DNA of 64,000 nt from Polyangiaceae bacterium (lineage in GTDB: Bacteria > Myxococcota_A > Polyangia > Polyangiales > Polyangiaceae), in NCBI GenBank assembly GCA_050287085.1, contig JBNKBE010000027.1:1-64000 (forward strand), written 5' to 3'. The position numbers and the translations under genes are program-made. Below are positions 1 through 7,986 of the stretch, piece by piece; the stretch's first letter is position 1, and each line of letters starts with the position of its first letter. The notes beneath the pieces were generated by a model. It ran no database searches, had not been told where the DNA came from, and saw only the letters and a list, made by a program, of their open reading frames with translations.

Positions 1-88
1 GTGGTTTGGTGCTGGGTGCGGGTTGTACGAGCGACTCGAAGAGCGGCGCGGCCACGGCGGATGACACGTCAAGCGACACGAGCAGTGA

Positions 89-175
89 CGCGGATACCGC
101 CTGCTCCGCGTGTCAGCGGACGAGGTCGAGCGCGCGCTGCCTCAGGTCTTGGAGCGCATCCGGTCCGCGCTCTAG
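89..175 (+). pseudogene. C-terminal fragment of a DUF559/Vsr-like endonuclease
   Basis: Frame 89-175 reads RGYRLLRVSADEVERALPQVLERIRSAL*, resembling the typical DUF559 C-terminus. An in-frame TGA (86-88) precedes it and there is no start codon. Confidence 0.55.
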
Positions 176-196
176 CGGCTCATTGCAGTGGGCGAT

Positions 197-318
197 GCAG
201 TGGGCGATGCCCGCAGGGCGAGCGACTCGTCAGTGCCGCAGCGCGTCTCGGGGGAGACGTCAGAGCAACGCGCCAGGCAGTGGGCGATGCCCGCAGGGCG
301 AGCGACTCGTCAGTGCCG
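197..318. repeat. Two exact 42-bp direct repeats (197-238, 277-318) separated by 38 bp
   Basis: gcagtgggcgatgcccgcagggcgagcgactcgtcagtgccg occurs twice. An extra 12-bp partial copy lies at 185-196, and the intervening sequence contains the hairpin CGTCTC-GGGG-GAGACG. Confidence 0.9.
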
Positions 319-375
319 TCGCCTCGCCGTCCCTAGACGTCGCGCCCCCGCCGCAGCCCGCTCGCGGGCGAGGAC

Positions 376-438
376 TAACGCCGAAGGGGCTGTGGGGAGA
401 TGGGACCCGAAGGATCCCACGACCACAGCAGCGCGCCC
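376..438. repeat. 63-bp direct repeat copy 1 (att-like; last 7 nt of tRNA plus downstream hairpin)
   Basis: Identical to 3663-3725. It is followed by gggtagaagaaattcgaacc, a degenerate T-loop remnant (GGTTCGAAT on the minus strand). Confidence 0.9.
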
Positions 439-489
439 GGGTAGAAGAAATTCGAACCGCGGTGGTGGCGATGGCGGCGTAGGCTCGTG

Positions 490-1020
490 TCATCCGGAGG
501 CGCCACGCGCCCCAGGCCCCGAGCCAATTTCGGGAAGCGCATCGGGCCAAGTGTCGAGGTATTCTGCAAGCTTACGGCCCCAACCTTCTGGGGAATCCGC
601 TTCAAAGGTTACTCGCAAGCTGAGGTCATCGCGCTTTGCGTCCGCGTCCTTCACTGGAGGTCGGCCTGGTGAACGTTCGCGATCATCAGACTCGTACGCG
701 TCTCGAATCTCCATCAGTTGCTCTCGTGGGAGCGCCAGAAACCGCCAGCGCGCCCCATCACGAATCAGCAGCAGGTAGAAGAGCTCGATCGCCTGTGCGG
801 TACGAAGTTGCTTTCTGGAAAGCTTGAACACCTACTGGCTCGCGTCGCTCGTCGCGGACTTGACCTGCACGCGGTACGTCGTCTTGTCGTTGTCATCGAT
901 CACGAAAACGTCGTCCCCGACGTCCACCACCGGGACAGCGACGTTCCAACCGCGAAGCAGAAGCTCGGACATCGCGAAGAACTCGCCCGCCCTTCCGAAA
1001 TGCGTCGGTTTCTCCGCCAT
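490..1020 (-). pseudogene. PD-(D/E)xK superfamily nuclease interrupted by an in-frame TAG at 832-834
   Basis: ORFs 832-1020 and 490-831 are in the same frame and directly abut. The motif GRAGE..AMSELLLRGWNV.VP..D.GDD...RVQVKS is typical of restriction-endonuclease-like PD-(D/E)xK proteins. Confidence 0.7.
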
Positions 1021-1314
1021 CTACGCCGCCGAGATGTCGCTCTCGGTCACCGGGTCCCGAAACACAACCCCGCCAATACCCTTTAGGCGTTCGGACGAGA
1101 CCCCAGTGAGGAGCTGGATCACCTGCTCCGCAAAGTTATCGTGCCATTCGTCGAAGTCTGCCTTGATCTCGTGGGCGATGAAGACACGAGGACTAGAATG
1201 GACCGACTCCCCGAACTGCTGGCGAAGGAACTGACGGGACGTCGGCTTGAGAGCAAACGTCTGCCCCTCGCGATTCACGCTTCGGTAGATGACAATGGGC
1301 TGTGACGCGATCAC
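1021..1314 (-). CDS. Hypothetical protein (97 aa)
   Basis: Globular-looking ORF whose stop codon directly abuts the ATG of the nuclease gene. Confidence 0.6.
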   Translation of the reverse strand: MIASQPIVIYRSVNREGQTFALKPTSRQFLRQQFGESVHSSPRVFIAHEIKADFDEWHDNFAEQVIQLLTGVSSERLKGIGGVVFRDPVTESDISAA

Positions 1315-1429
1315 GAGTCAAAGTATGGGCTGATTTGCGCGCTCGAACAAGCGTCGGGCTGCCTTCAGTCGAGAAACGACGGCCGTCGATGCAGGAAAGG
1401 CTCAACGTCAGCCCTTCGCGAGGCCGGCG

Positions 1430-2771
1430 CTAACAGGGCCGAAAGAGCCCAAGCCCGAAACTGCTCGAATGGCCAAGGCGGATAGGCCCAGCGACGGGCG
1501 TCTGGAAGTGCAACCGCACCATCTGGCCCCGCCGGTCACCGATGAAGGCTCGCTTGCCCGCTTCGCGTCGAGGAACGTGCACGGAGACCCAGTGAGGAGT
1601 GCCTACCAGTTCGACTTCGACATCCGGAGAGAGCTCACGCCCCCGAACTTCGCGGCGGATCTGCTCCGGGATCGACTCGCCTTCGCGTTCCTTGCCACCG
1701 CGAAGGTGATGGCGCGGCGGGACGTACGGCGTCACCGACTCCCGGATGGCAGACGTCTGACTATCGAAGCCGGGCGGTGGCGGGACTGCTCGATCGAGTG
1801 GGACGAGGCGCACCTTCCACTCGTCCGAGTCGGAGCCGGCAGCTGCCCACGAGACGTCCCGTGCAGCCGCCCGCAGGATCGCCTCCTGCTCATCCGCATC
1901 TAAGGCCCGCGCGCCTCGCCAAACGAGCAAGCGCGTAGGGTGGCGGTTCTCGCACCACGCGAGGAACTCTGCGTGACGATGACCCTTCAGCGCGGCACCA
2001 TTCCCGTCCTTGCCGGTCATATCCGCGACTGCCTCGCGCACAGCGCTGCTGACCTGCGTCCAATTGACCGAGGTGCCGTTCGTCTTGAGTCGAAGGAGCT
2101 CACGCAGCACTGCCCCACGAAACCGCGACGTGAGACGCACAATCGCACGTGGCTCAGGCGCGACGTTCCAACCGATGGCGAACTGCATCAGGTGACACGG
2201 GCGCAGCGCCCGCTCCGCGCTTGTTGGCGAGCGTGCAGTTTGCCTGAGGGATCTCGTCGGCCGAGCCCGCCACGCGTACACGCGTGAGCGTCTCAGCGCG
2301 CCCGAAGTAGGTCATGCGTTCCAGGCACTGGCCGAGCAACTCGCGAAGGTCGTCGGTCCAGTCATCGCCTTCGATGAACCACCACACCGGCGCCTCGGGA
2401 GGAACGCACCAGTAGTTGTCCTGCACGAGGCTCGTGCCATAGCTGCGCGTTCCCGCCTTCTTCTTCTCTGCCGGGCGCCAGCCGAACTCGGTCGGGTGGT
2501 ACTGCCTGAGTGGGCTACCCTTCCTTGCGTTGGGGGGCAGGTGGAACGCGTAGGTGCTTTTGCACAGCGCGGCCTGTAGCTTTTCGAGCTGCCCAGCGTC
2601 GGGCTCGGGCGAAACTTCGCGCGCCCGCTGGTACCAGCGGGCGGTCACCGCGCGCACCAAGCGCCAAGGGCTCGGCGGCCACTCCCCGTGCGGATCGTCG
2701 TAAGGGTTCACGCGCCAAGGCGTCGCGTGAAAGCGTCCGAGCGGGAACTCTTGACGGAGGACGAGTTTCAT
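1430..2771 (-). pseudogene. csb2: Type I-G (I-U) CRISPR-associated Cas5/Cas6 fusion Csb2, frameshifted near 2196
   Basis: The N-terminal GRFHATPW...EWPPSPWRLVRA motif (Cas5-like) is in ORF 2154-2771. SVTPYVPPRH and the Cas6 Gly-rich end GPIRLGHSSSFGLGLF are in a different frame (ORF 1430-2281). Confidence 0.85.
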
Positions 2772-2827
2772 CCCTCGGTCTCTTCCGCGCCCTCGTCTTC
2801 GTCGCTGCCGCTCTGCGCCTTTGCCTG
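2768..2827 (-). pseudogene. Probable 3' tail of the upstream cas gene (csb1/Cas7-like acidic tail)
   Basis: QAKAQSGSDEDEGAEETEG* ends in an ATGA overlap with the csb2 start. The identity is inferred from the usual csb1-csb2 gene order. Confidence 0.35.
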
Positions 2828-3662
2828 ACTACGGGAGCGCCTATGAAGCGATTCAGAGCGTCGCTCCCCGCGGGGAAGATCGCTCCTTGGCGGCTCCCTA
2901 CTGGTACCGCGTCGGACTCCTGCACATCGAAATAGGTGGCGGCGGACACGACATCGCGTGGAACTGTTTCCAGAAGGCCATCCAGGCAGACCCGTCCCTT
3001 GTCGGTCCACGGACGGAGCTAGCGCGACTCGCGCTCAATCGACGGAGTTACGATTACGCGTTGAGGCTGCTGGATGAAGAGTTGCGGCTCTCCCCCACAA
3101 GACAGGAGGCACTCCTTCTTCGCCGAGAGGTCGAGGCAAAGCAAACCGAGCGGGACGCAAAGAAAAGAGAAATTGAGGAGGCTAGGGTTCGACGAACCCG
3201 GGAGCGTAAAGAGCGGCAAGAGGCCGTGGAGGTTGCCCGCGAGCAAGCGCGAGCACGCTTGTCGGTCCAAGTCGCGTCGATTGGCCCCCTCAGCTGCAGA
3301 CCGGTCGACTTCGACCGTTTCGGCGACGAACTGGAGAGCCCGCTTGGTATGACCGCGGCCAAGGGTACGTTCGTGGGGGTGTTGTTGAACTGCACCAACG
3401 ATGGCTCGGACACCATCCTGTTCCCCGATGACGCCGTCCGCTTGGTGAGCGGACGCGGGGATCGCTACGCCCTCGATACGGACGGACAGCTCGGTCTGTT
3501 GCTCTGGCAGGACGAGGAGTCGCGCATCCAGCTCCCCTTTGGACTTCAGTTGCATCCTGGCCTGACCACCGGGGTAGCACTCGTCTTTGACGTCCCGGAA
3601 CCTGTCGCGAGTGATCCAGCCGTGCGCCTCTTGTTCGGACAAGCGCCGGAGGCGGCGCCATG
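2821..3662 (+). pseudogene. Truncated TPR plus DUF4352-like protein fragment
   Basis: TPR-like helices (AWNCFQKAIQADP), a coiled coil, then an Ig-like segment (FVGVLLNCTNDG...LHPGLTTGVALVFDVP). It has no credible N-terminus and runs into the repeat and tRNA without its own stop. Confidence 0.55.
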
Positions 3663-3725
3663 TAACGCCGAAGGGGCTGTGGGGAGATGGGACCCGAAGG
3701 ATCCCACGACCACAGCAGCGCGCCC
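3663..3725. repeat. 63-bp direct repeat copy 2
   Basis: Identical to 376-438. Contains nested stems GCTGTGG/CCACAGC and TGGGA/TCCCA. Confidence 0.9.
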
Positions 3726-3792
3726 CGAGGGATTCGAACCCCCGACCTGCGGATTCGAAGTCCGATGCTCTATCCAGCTGAGCTAGAGGCGC
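3719..3792 (-). tRNA. tRNA-Arg (anticodon UCG), CCA not encoded
   Basis: Reverse complement GCGCCTC-TA-GCTCAGCTGGATAGAGC-A-TCGGA-CTTCGAA-TCCGC-AGGTC-GGGGGTTCGAATCCCTC-GGGGCGC-G folds as a cloverleaf. Confidence 0.95.
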
Positions 3793-3884
3793 AGGAGAAG
3801 TGTGTCGATAGCCCTAGCCGCAGCTTGGGTCAAGAGGAGAGCGATTCGGCTTGTGGGGCCGGGAGCCGGGGTCGGGCGTTTGGA

Positions 3885-4826
3885 CTAGCTGCCTCGGATT
3901 CCGCGGAGCTTGTGCAGGCGATGGGCGATCAGGTGGTCCTCGGGAGCCAGGGCGAGGGCGGACGTCAATTGGGCCTCCGCTTCTGCGTAGCGCCCCTCCG
4001 TGATGGCTCGCACCGCCTCGGCCACGAGGTTGTCAACGTCGGGAATGACTCCAGCGAGCTTGGCTTTCCGGGAGGTGATTCGGGCGGGAGCCGGGGGCGG
4101 CGGGGACTCGGTCACGAGTTGACTGTCTTGAGTGAGCGACACGCCTTCGTCCATCAACTTGAGAGCGTCTAGCAGCAGGTGCTCCCAATGACCGTGCACC
4201 AGGCGCGGCGGGGGGTCACCCGTGACCTTCGATACTTCGACACGGGTGGGCACGCTGGCTACCCAATGACGAAACGCGTCGATGCCTTCGCAGATGAGTT
4301 TGCCTTGTGAATCTTCCACCCCTGCGCTCCAAAGCTCTCCGTCGTAGACGGTGATACTGCCTCTCGCCGTCTCGCTGTCGCAGTTGACAGCGACACTGTG
4401 ACGCCCGAGGCAGGCCAGTTGCAGGTACTCTGCGACGCCAAAGGGCGGCGGGGGCAACGCCGTTTGGGTCCAGGCTCGAACTAGGCGCTTGAGTCGGTGG
4501 AGGTCGACGGGCTTCGCGAGGTATTTCACGCCCCGATGGGTGGGGAGGTCTTCGTGCCATTTGTCCAGATGCGCTGAGACTACGATGACGCCCGTTCTGC
4601 TGCGTTCGTTGAGCAAGCGGCTCACCAGGTGCTGACCATTGCCGTCGGGCAATTCTAGATCGACGATCAATACTTGGGGGGGCGTTTCGGCAAGCAGCGC
4701 GAGCGCTTCTGTGTAGGTGCCGACGGCGAGCAGAACGATTCCACTCAGATCCCGCAGTGTGCGGCTGAGCAAACTGCGGGTCACAATATCGTCTTCGACG
4801 ATGAGAATCGTGGAGGAAGCGCTCAC
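3885..4826 (-). CDS. Response regulator: REC plus DUF4388/PatA_N-like domain plus C-terminal TPR-like helix
   Basis: ILIVEDD...LIVDLELPDGNG...IVVSA...KPVD, followed by EYLQLACLGRHS...G.I.VYDGELWSA. Confidence 0.85.
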   Translation of the reverse strand: MSASSTILIVEDDIVTRSLLSRTLRDLSGIVLLAVGTYTEALALLAETPPQVLIVDLELPDGNGQHLVSRLLNERSRTGVIVVSAHLDKWHEDLPTHRGVKYLAKPVDLHRLKRLVRAWTQTALPPPPFGVAEYLQLACLGRHSVAVNCDSETARGSITVYDGELWSAGVEDSQGKLICEGIDAFRHWVASVPTRVEVSKVTGDPPPRLVHGHWEHLLLDALKLMDEGVSLTQDSQLVTESPPPPAPARITSRKAKLAGVIPDVDNLVAEAVRAITEGRYAEAEAQLTSALALAPEDHLIAHRLHKLRGIRGS

Positions 4827-4942
4827 GGTGTTGCTCGGGCGTGGCGGAACGGGATTTGAGGGGCGGCGAGGCGAGGTGCTTGCGTCAGTCTTGTGGCTCC
4901 TGGCTGGTAGCGGGACTTGAATGCTGGGTCACGGGGGCGGGC

Positions 4943-5878
4943 CTAAGCTCGACGAATCTCCCGCAGCTTGCGAAGCCGGTGGGCGATCATCGCGTCTTTC
5001 GGCGCTAGGGCGTGGGCTGATTCCAACTTGGTTTCAGCTTCGACATATCTTCCGGCAATAATCGCTCTGACCGCCTCCGCTACCAGGTTCTTGGTGCCGT
5101 CGTGGCTTGGTCTTTGCTCCGTCGGTCTCGTTCGGGACAGGGCAGGCGGAAGCTCGGATTCATCTGTTCGGGGGGACTCCTGGCTTAACGGAACCCCTTC
5201 GTCCATGAGCTTGTGCGTGTCCATCAGCAGATATTCCCAGTGCGCCTGTAGCGTGCGTTCTGGCGGCTCGGTGACGGTCGACACGATGACGCGCTGCGAC
5301 TCTGTGGCGACGCAATGCCTGAAAGCGTCCACTCCTTCGGATATCAGTTTGCCGTGGGGGGTGCGGACTTTTGCGTCCCAGAGCTCGCCGCCATACACCA
5401 CTACGCTGCCCCGTGAGCGCCTGCTTTCGCAGCGGACGATGACGCTACGTCGTCCGAGGCAAGCAAGTTGCAGGTATTCGACAACGCCAAATGGCGGAGG
5501 GGGCAGAGCGGCGTGTGTCCAAGAGCGCGTCAGGCGACGCAGCTGGTGGGCATTGATGGGCTTCTCCAGATACCTGACGTCGCCATTGTGGGGCAAGGCC
5601 TCGGGCCAGTTCGCCATGGGTGCACCCATGGCCAGTACGCCGGTAGGCCCGTTCTTGTCCAATAGGTTGGCAATCAAGTCGAGCCCACTCCCATCCGAGA
5701 GCTCGAGATCTACAATCATGAGCTGCGGTGAGGCCTGAGCCAACAACGCGTTCGCTTCCGCGAAGGTGCCGACGGCCATCAGCACTATTCCCGGCAGGTC
5801 TCGCAAAGCGCGGCTGAGCAGACTTCGCATTGCGACGTCCTCTTCGACGATCAGAATCGTTGGATTGGGGAGGCTCAC
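4943..5878 (-). CDS. Response regulator paralog (REC plus DUF4388-like)
   Basis: Colinear with 3885-4826; the two share PPPPFG..EYLQLACLGR and LVAEAVRAI..GRY.EAE. Confidence 0.85.
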   Translation of the reverse strand: MSLPNPTILIVEEDVAMRSLLSRALRDLPGIVLMAVGTFAEANALLAQASPQLMIVDLELSDGSGLDLIANLLDKNGPTGVLAMGAPMANWPEALPHNGDVRYLEKPINAHQLRRLTRSWTHAALPPPPFGVVEYLQLACLGRRSVIVRCESRRSRGSVVVYGGELWDAKVRTPHGKLISEGVDAFRHCVATESQRVIVSTVTEPPERTLQAHWEYLLMDTHKLMDEGVPLSQESPRTDESELPPALSRTRPTEQRPSHDGTKNLVAEAVRAIIAGRYVEAETKLESAHALAPKDAMIAHRLRKLREIRRA

Positions 5879-5998
5879 CGTCTACCAGGTTGGTAACACG
5901 GACGGTCGGCGCCAACGCATTACCCTAAGACGAGGGCGTTGTGATATTCAGGCGGGCTGCATCTCGCGGCGAGGATGCGAAGTTCCATTCATCGATCG

Positions 5999-7804
5999 CT
6001 ACCGCGGTGCCGGCGCAATCTGCCAAACTTGCTCATCGCCGCCGGTTTCGGCTTGCTGCTCGACCGTGGCGCCCTCGCTGGTGGAGCCGTCGGCGACACC
6101 GATATAGAGGCCACTGTTCCGATTTTGCAGGCGGTATTCGCCCGACCCCGCATCCCGCAGTCGCCAGGCCTGATTGTCTGCTCCGGTGGCGTCCCACAGA
6201 TGCAGGTGAACTCCCGTCTCGGTGGATTCGTCCGGTACGTCAACCACCTTGCCGCCGACTTCAGCTACGAGCCGGAAATAGCCTACACCGTCGTAGTCGA
6301 GCTGCCACTGGAACGTGGCACCTGAGGTCTGTACCAAGTCGGACCCGCTATCGGTGGGAGAGCCGTCGACGGATAAGGGCAGGTGACTCTTCTTGTTGGT
6401 CAGCACGAGTGGGCTCAGGCTTCCCGTTGCTTGTCCGAGTTCTGGATTCAGCAGCAAGCTGTTGGCCCAGTCCAGGGTCATAGTCGAGGCAGTTGGAAAT
6501 GTGATGGGTAACCACACGTAGCTGGATTCGTTGACAGGGTCCCCCCAGGCGCGGGCCCATCGGTCACCGAGGTACAAGAAGCTGGTCTCATCCTGGCCAG
6601 CGTTTGGAGGTACACCTGCGATGGGAAGGACAGTCGCGATTGGAAGGACAAAAGTGGACTGAGAGAAATACGTGGTCTCGTCCCCCACGTCTTGCAGGGC
6701 CGACCAACCGTCGGTGAGGGACAGACTGGTTGCGTATTGGGCCTGATTGGGATCCCAGCCCGTCGCTCCCGAGGTAAGCAGAAAGTACGTTGCTCCCCGC
6801 TTGAATAGAGCTGGGGCCTCCCGGTGTCCACCTTCGAAGAGGAGCGCGGCTCTTCGCTCGACCGACAGGAAGTCAGCCGAGAGCTGGTAGAGATGAAGAT
6901 CGTAGTTCTCGTTGGCCGCGGACAAGAAGTAGGCTTGGCCGTCGTCGTCCAAGAAAAGGGTGCAGTCGCGCGACATATAGCCCGGCTTGCCGTGGTCTAC
7001 GACGCCCGAGTCTTGCAGCGGTCGAAAGCTGCCGTGGAATACATACTCACCGTCTACCGTGTCGGAAGAGGCTACTGCAGCGCGAGCTTCGCTGTAGTTC
7101 TTCCCATTTTCCCAGTGCATCCACATCACGTACTTCTGGGTCAGGGCGTTGTAGACGACCTTGGGGCGTTCGATGTTCGCTGGTCGCAGCTCGGGAGCGG
7201 AGTCCATGGTCAACACGTCGCGAACGTGCTCCCAGCGAAGCAGATCTGCGGAGCGGTAGGCCGACACCGCATAGAATGTGCCGTCGGGATTTCGATTCTC
7301 TCCGAACCAATAATACTGGTCGCCCACCTTCAGCACGCCTCCGCCATGGGCCTGGATCGGCGCGCCGCTTGTGTCTACCCACTGCACGCCATTGAGCAGC
7401 GGAAAAGGCGGCTGCGTCTCATGTCCATCGGGGCCGTCGCCGCCTCTGCCATCGGCACCTGGCGTCCCCTCAGAGCCGGGCGTGCCGCCTGCGCTTGCAC
7501 CCGCCGCGCCGCCGTGGGCGCCTCCGTCTGGTGGGCTCTCGGGTGACGTTCCGTCCTGGCCGGCGCTGGGCATGCCGGCGCCGCTCATCGCCCCACCGTT
7601 GTCAGAAGCCGCTCCGCCCAGCGTCTCGCTATCCATCGCCTGCGCCTGGCCACCCGTATTCTGGACGGGGGCTGGCCCGGCCGTCTCGTTTCCACAGGCG
7701 CTGAGCGCAATCAGCACACTCACCAGGGGCGTGCAGCCTCGGCGAGGCGCTCGGGCGGCGAATTGCGCGCCGCGAGAGCAGACAGCTAGACGTCGACGTA
7801 TCAT
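5999..7804 (-). CDS. Lipoprotein glycoside hydrolase family 43 (GH43_24-like) with C-terminal ricin-B lectin domain
   Basis: Lipobox LSAC, motifs IQAHGGG, IERPKV, MSRD and REAP, and QxW ricin repeats. Start moved to the ATG at 7804. Confidence 0.85.
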   Translation of the reverse strand: MIRRRLAVCSRGAQFAARAPRRGCTPLVSVLIALSACGNETAGPAPVQNTGGQAQAMDSETLGGAASDNGGAMSGAGMPSAGQDGTSPESPPDGGAHGGAAGASAGGTPGSEGTPGADGRGGDGPDGHETQPPFPLLNGVQWVDTSGAPIQAHGGGVLKVGDQYYWFGENRNPDGTFYAVSAYRSADLLRWEHVRDVLTMDSAPELRPANIERPKVVYNALTQKYVMWMHWENGKNYSEARAAVASSDTVDGEYVFHGSFRPLQDSGVVDHGKPGYMSRDCTLFLDDDGQAYFLSAANENYDLHLYQLSADFLSVERRAALLFEGGHREAPALFKRGATYFLLTSGATGWDPNQAQYATSLSLTDGWSALQDVGDETTYFSQSTFVLPIATVLPIAGVPPNAGQDETSFLYLGDRWARAWGDPVNESSYVWLPITFPTASTMTLDWANSLLLNPELGQATGSLSPLVLTNKKSHLPLSVDGSPTDSGSDLVQTSGATFQWQLDYDGVGYFRLVAEVGGKVVDVPDESTETGVHLHLWDATGADNQAWRLRDAGSGEYRLQNRNSGLYIGVADGSTSEGATVEQQAETGGDEQVWQIAPAPR

Positions 7805-7986
7805 GGCAAAACCGCCACTCGAACGGAAAGCGCCCGAATGGAAATCCCTATAACGTAGCGACTGAAGGCCTACGGGGTCAAGCAGCACCGTTCGCGCGCG
7901 GAGCGGGACTTCCGGTTTCGCTCGGAAACAACCCGCCCGCGGGGTTGTGCTGTCAATACCCCCACCGCGGCGACTAAGCTTCCGCC

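Larger units (their letters stand above)
376..3725. mobile_element. Decayed tRNA-Arg-anchored genomic islet (about 3.3 kb)
   Basis: Bounded by exact 63-bp direct repeats overlapping the tRNA 3' end. The cargo is mostly broken accessory genes and no integrase remains. Confidence 0.65.

Noticed and set aside
185..318. Annotation as a bona fide CRISPR array
   Set aside because: Only two full repeats, no I-G-like terminus, a palindromic spacer and no AT-rich leader. Kept only as a repeat and a low-confidence finding.
3663..3786. C-terminal part of ORF 2821-3786 as real coding sequence
   Set aside because: It is read-through across the repeat and the antisense tRNA (ARPEGFEPPT...).
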